IMG/VR virus record: IMGVR_UViG_3300029288_000055
Span: 160,001-224,000 of that record
Origin: a virus
Lineage: Duplodnaviria; Heunggongvirae; Uroviricota; Caudoviricetes
DNA length: 64,000 nucleotides
Strand: one strand, 5' to 3'
Part shown: positions 31,353 to 40,152 of the stretch, one piece after another
Layout: every line of letters begins with the position of its first letter
How positions within the stretch are numbered: the stretch's first letter is position 1
Translations under genes and position numbers: made by a program
Notes under the pieces: generated by a model
What the model was told of the DNA's origin: nothing
Databases searched by the model: none
Seen by the model: the letters and a program-made list of their open reading frames with translations, nothing else

Positions 31353-33458
31353 ATGAATTTAGAATGTTTAAATGGTATAATTACCGACAATCTTGCTATA
31401 CACATAGACTTAACTCAATTGAAGTCATGGAACTTAAACAGTGGCTTTACATCAATTAGTTTAACTAAATGGGCAGGTGCTGTTTCTGAGAACATTAACC
31501 TTATGGACTTTGGATTAACTGAGTTCGATAATGGAAGAACCAATCTTATGTGGAGTGGGATAACTCTCACACCTGCGGATACATTGTTTCATATGTATAG
31601 AGTGGGATACAATCAAATTATAAATCCAAGTACTGGCAATACAAGTGGTTATACTGCAACAACTGTGCACACTGGATATGCAATAACTGGCGCATCTGCC
31701 ACAACTGGCAATTATTTTATACTTAATGGTGGATATTTACAAGGATTTTTCAAAGCAGAAGGATATGGCTTTGAATTATTACCCAAAAGATATGGCACTG
31801 GTATTACTATTGAAACTCTCGTATATCTTTATCCTGACTCTCAGGGCATATTTTATATGATGGGTGCACGTTCAGAAGATAAATATAATCCGTATTTCAG
31901 TGGTGAAACAATAACTGGTTTAACAACAATTAATACTGGTTTAACTCCATCAATAAGACAAACATTTACTGGTGTTACCACAAGTTATGATAATTATTTA
32001 AATAGTTTTGAAAAGGTTCGAACGCTTAATAGTGGTTTCAGAGACGAAAGTTTAATATATCGCACAGAATACGTACAGCCAGCAGCAAGTGCCAACACAG
32101 TAAATAATGTAATTGCTTTTGAATTAACTCAGGATAAACATATTGCTTATAAATATATTGATGTTAACGGAAACATTGTAATCAATACATCGGCAGCAAG
32201 AATTGCTGCAACAGGTTTCACAATGATTGATATGGTATTTACACCTAACAATATACTTATAACACCATTTGAATTAGAATGTACGCCACAAAGATTAGGT
32301 AAAATGATGTTCTATGTTAATGGTCGTCCAATTTGGATTATTCATGATTTTCCAGAATTCTATTTTCACGCATTTAACACTGATAAAGAAAAACAAATAG
32401 GTGAACCATATTCAATTAGTTGGGGTGGTGGTTCATTTGGCTTAAAACATTCATGGCATTATGATTTTCAAACATACCTTCTTTATGGTGGTCAGGATAC
32501 TAATTATATAAATAATAACTTTTTCATTGAAGCAGACCCAATTTCAACAGAATGTTATACTGCACCAACAGGAAGCACTTATTTAACTGGCTTAACATTA
32601 AGTGCTGATAGTACCACATTTAAAATTGTAGATAAATGTACTGCACTTGAAAGTCCACTTACAGTAATGCGTGTTGAATATACTGGAGCAACAGGTACTT
32701 CAGCAAATACATATTTTATTAAATTTAATCATCCTATCACAGTATTATCGAACAGAGAATATGAAATTAATCTATCAATGTTTAATAATGGTTTCTTTAA
32801 AACCATTGATAATAATGGTAATTTTATCACTAACAGAATTAGTATTTTGGTTTATGGCGATGTTGATATTAATATATTAAAAGAAACACAATATGTACTT
32901 CCAATGACAGTAGCAGAATTTGCAGCATTAACAAATCTTGGTTTACATCCAATTATTGATAAACAAGAATTTCAATATTCATTAAATGGTATTATATATT
33001 TTGGCGTGACAGGCATACCAGTTATAAGTCAATATTTAATGTTATTTGGTGGTAATATTGATAATATTGCAATGTTTCAATCACCGCAACAAATATTTAT
33101 TACTGGTGAAGACACATGGATACCATTAAAAACTACTTTCAGTACTAAAGATAATACAGGCAAACATCAAGTACATATCGGCATTTTACTTGAATCCAGC
33201 GAAACTTTTAATCAGAATAAACCGTTATTCTTTAACAATTTTACATATAGGGGTGCAGACATATTAATACAGGATACAAGAAAGAATGATCTATTAATAC
33301 AACAAAATTTTGATTCATCATTTATTGGTGGTATTCAGAAATTGAGAGTTTATAACAATGCATTAACTTCACCAGAAGTATTACATAATGCACTAATAGA
33401 AGCAAATTTAAATCCAAACTTACTTGTGAGCAAAGGTGGTAGAATTATTTATAGATAA
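31353..33458 (+). CDS. Virion structural protein, Thr/Gly-rich, with LamG/ConA-like elements
   Basis: Beta-rich composition; C-terminal FIGGIQKLRVYNNALT..EV.HN; late motif at 31327. Confidence 0.6.
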   Translation: MNLECLNGIITDNLAIHIDLTQLKSWNLNSGFTSISLTKWAGAVSENINLMDFGLTEFDNGRTNLMWSGITLTPADTLFHMYRVGYNQIINPSTGNTSGYTATTVHTGYAITGASATTGNYFILNGGYLQGFFKAEGYGFELLPKRYGTGITIETLVYLYPDSQGIFYMMGARSEDKYNPYFSGETITGLTTINTGLTPSIRQTFTGVTTSYDNYLNSFEKVRTLNSGFRDESLIYRTEYVQPAASANTVNNVIAFELTQDKHIAYKYIDVNGNIVINTSAARIAATGFTMIDMVFTPNNILITPFELECTPQRLGKMMFYVNGRPIWIIHDFPEFYFHAFNTDKEKQIGEPYSISWGGGSFGLKHSWHYDFQTYLLYGGQDTNYINNNFFIEADPISTECYTAPTGSTYLTGLTLSADSTTFKIVDKCTALESPLTVMRVEYTGATGTSANTYFIKFNHPITVLSNREYEINLSMFNNGFFKTIDNNGNFITNRISILVYGDVDINILKETQYVLPMTVAEFAALTNLGLHPIIDKQEFQYSLNGIIYFGVTGIPVISQYLMLFGGNIDNIAMFQSPQQIFITGEDTWIPLKTTFSTKDNTGKHQVHIGILLESSETFNQNKPLFFNNFTYRGADILIQDTRKNDLLIQQNFDSSFIGGIQKLRVYNNALTSPEVLHNALIEANLNPNLLVSKGGRIIYR

Positions 33459-33510
33459 TTATTATCCGTCTATATGCTATTTATATACTATTGAAAGATA
33501 ATAAATAACT

Positions 33511-33714
33511 ATGAATCGATTATCAGAAATTTATGAAGGTTGGAAAAATCTTACATTTCCAACTCCAGAAACAGAAAAGATTGCGAAAGAAAGAATTGAA
33601 ATTTGTGTTGAGTGCAAAAAACTTAATCCTAAGAATTGGTGTATGGTATGCGGTTGTTATATGCCAGCAAAAGTTAGAAATCCCAAATCACACTGTAAAT
33701 TAAAAAAATGGTAA
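33511..33714 (+). CDS. Small Cys-rich protein (DUF6171-like)
   Basis: R..IC..C......C..CGC...AK......C...KW. Confidence 0.7.
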   Translation: MNRLSEIYEGWKNLTFPTPETEKIAKERIEICVECKKLNPKNWCMVCGCYMPAKVRNPKSHCKLKKW

Positions 33715-34131
33715 TTATTGTCTATTTGTTGTAAGAATATATGTATCTTCTAATGCAACACCTTGAAATTCATCAGTATCTAAGCAAAATTTATTAAAAC
33801 CACTAATAAGTTGAATTATACCATTTAAATTAAGTTCAAGTTTACCACTCAAACATGCAATATCTTTAATATATTCTCTTTTAAGTAAAACGACTTCCGC
33901 ACCTTTAGGTAAGAAATAAAAAATTGTAATATCTTCAGGTCTTTTCTCGTCAATAATTTTTTTATATCTGATTTGTTCGTTTGTATGGCAATTATCCCAA
34001 TCAGTAAAAAAACGAATAATTATGCCATCATCAATTTCATGAATAGAGGGAAGATGCTTAAGTAATTCTTTTTTTCTTTTCAAAATTAATTCATTAACTT
34101 TATCTAATATAACTTTTCTTTCATTTGTCAT
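33715..34131 (-). CDS. Hypothetical protein, possible cupin-like fold
   Basis: ORF track; CLSGKLEL and ALEDTYI beta-strand pattern. Confidence 0.55.
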   Translation of the reverse strand: MTNERKVILDKVNELILKRKKELLKHLPSIHEIDDGIIIRFFTDWDNCHTNEQIRYKKIIDEKRPEDITIFYFLPKGAEVVLLKREYIKDIACLSGKLELNLNGIIQLISGFNKFCLDTDEFQGVALEDTYILTTNRQ

Positions 34132-34143
34132 ATCATTAATTAA

Positions 34144-34752
34144 TTAGCAATATGGTACATTTTGAATTTTATCTTTTATTTCGGGAGTACTAATATCCAT
34201 ACTTGTATAATTACCAATATATCCTTCAACATATTGTCTAATAAACAATACTTTTATTCTTGGTGGTGCTTTTTCAAAAGCAACAAATTTAACTTCATCA
34301 CCGTCTGATGTATTTAAGTCCACATTTATATCATTCCAATTAAAACCATCAAACCACGCATTACCTGATGGTGCAACATATCTACCCCAATCCCCGGGGT
34401 CATAATTGTCACTTTTACTGATTGAAATATTATTACTATAAAAACTTAAATCAAATACTACTGGTTCTTTTTTTTGATCATATTTATATTCAATTTTGAG
34501 AAAATATTCAAGTGTTAATTTTTTTGCATCTTCAGAATCTTTTTCCCAATCACCACCAATTTTTGAGTCAAAAACATCAATTTTTATTTTATTTTTTTGC
34601 TCTAAAAGTGAATCACAAATAAATTGCTTTTGAAAGTCTTCATTTTGCAATAAATCAATGATTTCCTGCTCTTTCAATTGTTCTTCATTGCCCAAAAAAT
34701 CAAACCCAGAAACTTCTTCATTAATTATTTTTATTAAATTTTTGTCAAACAT
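34144..34752 (-). CDS. Late protein with IINEE N-terminal motif
   Basis: MFDKNLIKIINEEV; late motif at 34768-34775. Confidence 0.7.
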   Translation of the reverse strand: MFDKNLIKIINEEVSGFDFLGNEEQLKEQEIIDLLQNEDFQKQFICDSLLEQKNKIKIDVFDSKIGGDWEKDSEDAKKLTLEYFLKIEYKYDQKKEPVVFDLSFYSNNISISKSDNYDPGDWGRYVAPSGNAWFDGFNWNDINVDLNTSDGDEVKFVAFEKAPPRIKVLFIRQYVEGYIGNYTSMDISTPEIKDKIQNVPYC

Positions 34753-34948
34753 GAGAATATTTTACAAATAAATACTTAATACTTTATATAAACGCTAAAT
34801 TATTCATTGCTTTCAAGTATTTATGATATGAAAAGTCATTGCTTAATTCACTAATTAAGTTAGGTCTGGTAAAACAGGAATGCCTTTAAATTTTTATTGC
34901 CAAATAGTGGTTATGCAAAATTTTAAGACTTCTGAAAAATTAATAGTA

Positions 34949-34981
34949 ATTGCACCGCATAAAAAACGGTGCAATTTTTTT
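34949..34981 (+). terminator. Intrinsic terminator
   Basis: AATTGCACCG-cataaaaaa-CGGTGCAATT followed by a T-tract. Confidence 0.75.
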
Positions 34982-35017
34982 AAGTGGTAATTAAGTATTT
35001 ATAGAAAATTCAATATC

Positions 35018-35680
35018 ATGAAGAATAATAGTACAAAAGAAAGATTGTTTGAAGTTATTGGTAGATTAGATAAAACATTTAAACCAATTGAAGATAAAAC
35101 AATTGCCACAACATATCAACTTGTCACACCCGAAAGTGCTGAAGCTGGTGATTTTTCAGATCAAGGCTGGGTAAATCAAGAAGGTGAATCAATGCTTCCT
35201 AATAAATATGAAATAGAAGAAGGTATAACAGTAGTTGATAAAGCAGTTAAATTTTTAAAAGATAATGGTGGTACTGAACCATCATCAAGTCAATTTCATG
35301 TTGGTGTATGGTATTCTACACCAGACCCAGATAGAGATTATAAATATATTCAAACTGGTGAAGAAAAATATTATTCATATCATTTAAAAGGATTTACTCT
35401 TGAAGAAGAAGCAGAAATTTATAAAAAAATTCAAGAAAAAGAAAAAATTATACCCGAACAACAAACAAATATGCAACAATCACAAGACGTAACATATACT
35501 GATAACACATATAAAGTAATTGCACCCATACTTAGAAGAGTTAGGACAGTTGATCAATTTCCTTTAGCATTTAAAGGTTGGTTTAGCTCATTGGGATATA
35601 ATCCACAATCATCACCACTTACAATAGCACAGGCAAGAATAATGGTTGAACAAGTTATGAGAGAATTAGGCTATAAATAA
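35018..35680 (+). CDS. Late protein of the RLFE-motif family
   Basis: MKNNSTKERLFEVIGRLDKTFKP; late motif at 34995. Confidence 0.7.
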   Translation: MKNNSTKERLFEVIGRLDKTFKPIEDKTIATTYQLVTPESAEAGDFSDQGWVNQEGESMLPNKYEIEEGITVVDKAVKFLKDNGGTEPSSSQFHVGVWYSTPDPDRDYKYIQTGEEKYYSYHLKGFTLEEEAEIYKKIQEKEKIIPEQQTNMQQSQDVTYTDNTYKVIAPILRRVRTVDQFPLAFKGWFSSLGYNPQSSPLTIAQARIMVEQVMRELGYK

Positions 35681-35716
35681 AAAATTTACTTTTTTTTGAA
35701 AATAATTGTGATTTTG

Positions 35717-35747
35717 TTTGTATTTATGATTTTAATGTATATCTTTG
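35717..35747 (+). promoter_or_regulatory. Promoter of tRNA cluster 1 (host TTTG-N19-TATCTTTG with embedded GTATTTAT late motif)
   Basis: TTTG 35717-20, GTATTTAT 35720-27, TATCTTTG 35740-47. Confidence 0.75.
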
Positions 35748-35781
35748 CGAAGAGTTTTTAATAAATGTTATTTGTAAGACG

Positions 35782-35856
35782 ATGAAAAATTTAATAAACA
35801 TAGTACCACAACCCCAACAGCATCCACAAAGTTTGGAATGGGGAAACTATGCTTAA
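35782..35856 (+). CDS. Attenuator leader peptide 1: MKNLINIVPQPQQHPQSLEWGNYA
   Basis: Eight consecutive Pro/Gln/His codons (35806-35829), followed by antiterminator, terminator and Pro/His/Gln tRNAs. Confidence 0.85.
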   Translation: MKNLINIVPQPQQHPQSLEWGNYA

Positions 35857-35887
35857 ATTTTTCACAGGAAAATTTTTTAGGTTAGAC

Positions 35888-35918
35888 AAACCCCATTCAT
35901 ATTGAGTGGGGTTTTTTT
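35888..35918 (+). terminator. Attenuator terminator 1
   Basis: AAACCCCATTCA-tat-TGAGTGGGG then TTTTTTT; the 5' arm can alternatively pair with GAATGGGG at 35836-35843. Confidence 0.88.
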
Positions 35919-35943
35919 ATGGTGTTCGTTGAAATATTTTTAT

Positions 35944-36038
35944 CAGGGTGTGAGCGAGTTGGTTGAAGCTGCTGGTCTTGGAAACCAGTCACGACACAAA
36001 GGTGTTGTCGTGCGTGGGTTCGAACCCCACCACCCTGA
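35944..36038 (+). tRNA. tRNA-Pro(UGG) with long variable arm
   Basis: Acceptor CAGGGTG/CACCCTG with A73; anticodon arm CTGGT-cttggaa-ACCAG; GGTTCGAAC T-loop; about 25-nt variable arm. Confidence 0.8.
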
Positions 36039-36094
36039 CGTTAGAGGATTAACTATATATGACTGTACTTGGGACTGGCAAATTAGTAATATTT

Positions 36095-36170
36095 CGAGTA
36101 GTTGGGGAGTTGGTCACCCCGCCACATTTGGGATGTGGAGAACTCGCAGGTTCGAATCCTGCCTACTCGA
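36095..36170 (+). tRNA. tRNA-Pro(UGG)
   Basis: CGAGTAG/CTACTCG acceptor; CCACA-tttggga-TGTGG. Confidence 0.9.
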
Positions 36171-36172
36171 CT

Positions 36173-36248
36173 GTGCTAAGTGTAGATGTTGGCATTCTTC
36201 ACCTGACTGTGAATCAGGGTTTCGTGGGTTCGATTCCCATTTAGCACC
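36173..36248 (+). tRNA. tRNA-His(GUG), atypical D-arm
   Basis: GTGCTAA/TTAGCAC acceptor with C73; CCTGA-ctgtgaa-TCAGG. Confidence 0.7.
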
Positions 36249-36282
36249 AAAAAGCGTGATAAAAGCGTTTATCACGGAATTA

Positions 36283-36358
36283 CGGGATATAGTTCAGTTG
36301 GTAGAATGGGTGCTTTGGGAGCATCAGGTCGTCAGTTCGAGTCTGGCTATCCCGACCA
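36283..36358 (+). tRNA. tRNA-Pro(UGG)
   Basis: CGGGATA/TATCCCG acceptor; GGTGC-tttggga-GCATC; encoded CCA. Confidence 0.92.
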
Positions 36359-36361
36359 CAT

Positions 36362-36438
36362 GGTGATTGTAGAGGAATTGGTAAACTCGCCTGACTGTGA
36401 ATCAGGTATTTGCGGGTTCGACCCCCGTCCTTCACCCA
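36362..36438 (+). tRNA. tRNA-His(GUG)
   Basis: G-1 present; CCTGA-ctgtgaa-TCAGG; two acceptor mismatches. Confidence 0.8.
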
Positions 36439-36518
36439 GCATCGTTTGGCGAACGATATGAATCGGTTTCTTAATGCCCTGATCGCAGGGTGGCGTATAG
36501 TTGAAGCATCGCCTACAT

Positions 36519-36592
36519 TGCCACATGGCGCAATTGGCTAACGCACCTGACTCTGAATCAGAAGATTGTAGGTTCGACTCCTACTGTGGCAA
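36519..36592 (+). tRNA. tRNA-Gln(CUG)
   Basis: TGCCACA/TGTGGCA acceptor; loop ctctgaa. Confidence 0.9.
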
Positions 36593-36599
36593 CAACAAA

Positions 36600-36704
36600 T
36601 TATACCCGATCAGGACTATGAATTCATATGAAATTTACATAAAATTCTGGGTATTAATGTCTTAGCAAAAACGCTAAAATTACGATAGTCCTGATCGGGT
36701 ATAA
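36600..36704. repeat. Perfect 20-bp inverted repeat flanking a 65-bp AT-rich spacer
   Basis: TTATACCCGATCAGGACTAT (36600-19) / ATAGTCCTGATCGGGTATAA (36685-704). Confidence 0.85.
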
Positions 36705-36716
36705 AATAGTATAAAC

Positions 36717-36800
36717 TGTCCTTTGGCAGAATGGTTATTGCATCGGTCTTTGAAGCCGACACCCCCAACGGGTTTGTAGGTTCGAATCCTACAGGGACAA
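36717..36800 (+). tRNA. tRNA-Gln(UUG) with long variable arm
   Basis: TGTCCTT/AGGGACA acceptor; TCGGT-ctttgaa-GCCGA; ACCC-ccaac-GGGT extra arm. Confidence 0.85.
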
Positions 36801-36848
36801 CTTTTTTAATGTTCTTTGATATTTCATAATTATTATTACCTTTGCAAA

Positions 36849-37625
36849 ATGTATTATGTAGTTCAGGAAAATGTATTCAGGGAAGAAAATTATGACAATT
36901 TAATATTGGCATTGGATAAACTTACCTTACCATATGAAATTGTCAAAGTTAAACCCTTTATTGAAACATTCAGAATACATACCAGAAGAAAAGATATCTT
37001 TCCTTTTGGTTCATTGAAAATGGCAAGAATATCAGCGAAACGTGGCTGGCGACCCGGTTCTCAAATGAATGCTAATCACGATTATTTGGTTTATCGTGAC
37101 TATTATAAAGAAAATCTTTTGAATTATGATTCACACATACAGAAATTTGGTGATGATTTTTTCAGTAAAGAAACGTTCTTTGCACGACCAACACAAGATA
37201 CGAAAGTATTTACAGGAAAGGTCTTTGACATGCAAGAATGGCGAGAATTTGTGGCATATTCTCTTACTAACGGTCATAGTACCTTATTGAATATTGACAC
37301 TGAAATTCAAATATGTTCAGTAAAAAAGATTCAACAAGAGATCAGGTTCTGGATTGTTAAAGGTGAAATTGTTACCGCAAGTCAATATAGACTTGGAAAC
37401 AGATTGGTGCTTAGTGAAAATGTTGATCAGGCAGCTTATGACTACTGTAAGAAAATGGTTGACATATTTCAATTGAACGATGCTTTTGTAATGGATTTAG
37501 CTTTAACTGAAAATGGATATAAAATCATTGAATGTGGTTGCATTAATTGCGCTGGATTTTATAAAGCAAATATGCAGAAACTTTTAATGAAACTTGAAGA
37601 TAGTTTTAATTGTCCTATGGTGTAA
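36849..37625 (+). CDS. ATP-grasp protein (R2K/DUF4343-like)
   Basis: FARP....K.F.G, E.RFWIV.G.IVT.S.Y, FVMDLA....G.KIIE.GC.N.AGFY. Start moved to ATG 36849, just after TACCTTTG at 36837-44. Confidence 0.75.
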   Translation: MYYVVQENVFREENYDNLILALDKLTLPYEIVKVKPFIETFRIHTRRKDIFPFGSLKMARISAKRGWRPGSQMNANHDYLVYRDYYKENLLNYDSHIQKFGDDFFSKETFFARPTQDTKVFTGKVFDMQEWREFVAYSLTNGHSTLLNIDTEIQICSVKKIQQEIRFWIVKGEIVTASQYRLGNRLVLSENVDQAAYDYCKKMVDIFQLNDAFVMDLALTENGYKIIECGCINCAGFYKANMQKLLMKLEDSFNCPMV

Positions 37626-37684
37626 TTGGTTAACACGTTGGATTTTGATTCCAAAGAGTCGGGGTTCGAGTCCCTGTAGGACAA
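37611..37684 (+). tRNA. tRNA-Gln(UUG)
   Basis: TGTCCTA/TAGGACA acceptor; TTGGA-ttttgat-TCCAA; overlaps the last 15 nt of the upstream CDS. Confidence 0.88.
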
Positions 37685-37693
37685 CAAATTTTT

Positions 37694-37852
37694 ATGGTTA
37701 TGAGCAAATTAAGAGTAGGTAATAAACAAAATGCAATTCTAAATGGTGAATGGGCAGGACACATGCGCAAGTGGGGAAAATTCTTCACCGCCAAAATACG
37801 TAGAAATGTAGATAAGAAAATAATAAGAAACGAAATTAAAAATGAGCTATAA
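37694..37852 (+). CDS. Small basic protein (52 aa, MVMSKLRVGNK...GEWAGHMRKWGK)
   Basis: Manually read ORF overlapping the next start. Confidence 0.55.
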   Translation: MVMSKLRVGNKQNAILNGEWAGHMRKWGKFFTAKIRRNVDKKIIRNEIKNEL

Positions 37853-38216
37853 TCTATTCCTTGACGATTTTCGTGAACCAGAAGATGCATTTAATCACAC
37901 AAATAATCAATTATATTTAATTGGTTGGGTTGTTGTTCGTAATTATAATGAATTTGTAAAAGCAATTGAAGAAAAGGGTATTCCTGAAATGATTTCATTT
38001 GATCATGATCTTGCGGATGAACACTATGAATCTTATAAACAATATGGCGAGTATAAAGAAAAGACTGGTTTTCATTGTGCTAAATGGTTTATCAATTATT
38101 GTATTGACAACAAAAAAGAACTTCCAGCAACAATTCTTATACATTCAATGAATCCTGCTGGAAGTGCTAATATTAAATCTTTGTTCGATACTTATAATAA
38201 ATATTTCAGAATTTAA
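37842..38216 (+). CDS. Cyclic-phosphate-processing receiver-like domain protein
   Basis: LFLDD.R.P, VVRNY.EF, ISFDHDL, TG..CAKW, IHSMNPAG. Confidence 0.75.
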   Translation: MSYNLFLDDFREPEDAFNHTNNQLYLIGWVVVRNYNEFVKAIEEKGIPEMISFDHDLADEHYESYKQYGEYKEKTGFHCAKWFINYCIDNKKELPATILIHSMNPAGSANIKSLFDTYNKYFRI

Positions 38217-39212
38217 TTATCTTCTTCCTGAACTACCATTACTACCCGAACTCCTGCCACCGCTTGAGCCAGAGCCACTTGAACTATTCGAGTTATTTGA
38301 ATAATTTGAACTTCTACTGTTGCTAAAATTACTTGAACCACCTGAATTATAACTTCTTGATGGAGTGTTATTATTGCTTCTTGAGGGCACAGAATAAGTA
38401 CGTGTTTGAGTACTTCTTTGTGTATTTGGTTGTGAATAAGTACGTGTTTGTGTAGTTGTTTCCACTCTTCTATTAGTTGTAACACCTATTCTACTATTAT
38501 TATATTGTGGACGAGTATTTAAACGTGGATTTTCATAAGAAGGTGTATATGTTCTCCTATTTTCTTGATAAATTGCTCTATTTTGTGGACTGGTAGTACG
38601 TTTTTCTTGTGGTACAACTCTTTGTATATTGTTATTATATGTGCTTGATAATGTTGATGGTCTTTCTCTACGACCATATCTACCACTCCAATTATGATTA
38701 TTACTATATCTCCAAGGACTCCAGTAATTATATCCAAAATAAAAATTATTGTAATACCAAGGACTGTACCAGTTTCTCATAAATCTAAATTCCCAATACC
38801 AATCATAGCTATCATACATCCAATAATTCCCAAAATAAAAATTGTTATAAAAATAATAAGGATTGTCATACATCCAATAATTAAATCCATTATGATAAAA
38901 TCTTCCTATATTATATGAATAAAAGAAAGGGTCATAATTATATTCATATATAATTTTAATTTCAGAATTGTACTTTATAAGAGTATCTACAACCTCATTA
39001 ACATCATTTATTTTTTGTTTTTTAATCTTTTTAGCATCTTTACTTGGTTGATAATAAAGGTCATCATATTCTGGTTTATCAGATACAACTGTTTGATTAT
39101 TATTTATTGAATCTTCTCTTGCTTGCCAATACTTCTCATAATTGGACTTTTTTTGTGCCGATAAAATACTTGTTAAAAGTATAAGGCAAATAATTATTAG
39201 TAATCTTTTCAT
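38217..39212 (-). CDS. Secreted protein with signal peptide, Tyr/Asn/Trp-rich middle and Ser/Arg/Gly-rich tail
   Basis: MKRLLIIICLILLTSILSAQ signal peptide, YDDLYY motif, low-complexity regions. Confidence 0.7.
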   Translation of the reverse strand: MKRLLIIICLILLTSILSAQKKSNYEKYWQAREDSINNNQTVVSDKPEYDDLYYQPSKDAKKIKKQKINDVNEVVDTLIKYNSEIKIIYEYNYDPFFYSYNIGRFYHNGFNYWMYDNPYYFYNNFYFGNYWMYDSYDWYWEFRFMRNWYSPWYYNNFYFGYNYWSPWRYSNNHNWSGRYGRRERPSTLSSTYNNNIQRVVPQEKRTTSPQNRAIYQENRRTYTPSYENPRLNTRPQYNNSRIGVTTNRRVETTTQTRTYSQPNTQRSTQTRTYSVPSRSNNNTPSRSYNSGGSSNFSNSRSSNYSNNSNSSSGSGSSGGRSSGSNGSSGRR

Positions 39213-39304
39213 AGTTTCATATATTATATTGCAATAGTATAAATAGCAATATCCGTACCAAAGTTTTTTTAACTTTGCTGTGTATTTATTATAAATTTCA
39301 CATT

Positions 39305-39688
39305 ATGAGCAAACGTGCCACAAAAGAAAGACTTTTCGAAGTTACTGGTAGACTTGATAAAACATTTAAAATAATAAATGAAGAAGTTGCACCTGAAAAT
39401 ATTGCGGTTTCATCACTTGGTGGTGTTGTTGAAAAAACTGATCTTAATGAAGCATCATCAAAATCACCAATTAATTTATATGTATATTTTGCATATAATT
39501 TTCCAAGCAATTTTATTGAAAAAACATGGGCAAATAACCCAAACATAATGGAACATTTGAAAAACAAGTTCAATGGATACTATACCAAATATGGTGCTGA
39601 AGGGGTAATGAACAGATTTTATGTTGAATTAGATATCGAGAATCAAAGAATTTTAGAAGATTGGATATTACATAATTATAGCGGATAA
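39305..39688 (+). CDS. Late protein of the RLFE-motif family
   Basis: MSKRATKERLFEVTGRLDKTFKIINEE; late motif at 39282; start moved to 39305. Confidence 0.7.
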   Translation: MSKRATKERLFEVTGRLDKTFKIINEEVAPENIAVSSLGGVVEKTDLNEASSKSPINLYVYFAYNFPSNFIEKTWANNPNIMEHLKNKFNGYYTKYGAEGVMNRFYVELDIENQRILEDWILHNYSG

Positions 39689-39708
39689 TAAAAATAAAAT
39701 AATTAACT

Positions 39709-40038
39709 ATGAAAACAACAGATAACAAACAAAGACTTTTCGAAGTCTTGGGTAAAATAGACCCAACATTTAAACCAAGTGCACAACTTCTTACCGAATG
39801 GAACTTTGATAAGAAAAAAGGTGAAAACAAAGAAGAAGATAAAGACGAAGATGAAAAAGACAGCAAGAAAAAATTCAACTTCGAAAAAAAAGAAGATAAA
39901 GAATCCAAAAAACATGAGGAAGTTGAAAGTCCTGAAGAAGAAAAAGAAGAACATGAAGATAAAAAAGAATTAAAAGAAGCCGATGCACCTGCAGCAAAAA
40001 AAATACCTGTTAATGCAATAGCTAAAGTTGGTAAATAA
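39709..40038 (+). CDS. Highly charged (K/E/D) protein of the RLFE-motif family
   Basis: MKTTDNKQRLFEVLGKIDPTFKPSAQLLTE. Confidence 0.7.
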   Translation: MKTTDNKQRLFEVLGKIDPTFKPSAQLLTEWNFDKKKGENKEEDKDEDEKDSKKKFNFEKKEDKESKKHEEVESPEEEKEEHEDKKELKEADAPAAKKIPVNAIAKVGK

Positions 40039-40088
40039 GATAGAATTATTCTAAATAACATTATTTTGTGAATTTTTTTACGAAAAGA

Positions 40089-40118
40089 TTTGTATTTATG
40101 AAAAATTGATTATCTTTG
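40089..40118 (+). promoter_or_regulatory. Promoter of tRNA cluster 2 (TTTG-N18-TATCTTTG with embedded GTATTTAT)
   Basis: Same architecture as 35717-35747. Confidence 0.75.
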
Positions 40119-40152
40119 CAAAGATATTTAAAACAAATTATGATTTAAAACG

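Noticed and set aside
35902-36366. ORFs 35902..36366 and 36059..36244
   Set aside because: They run across tRNA genes and a terminator; spurious frames from GC-rich RNA genes.
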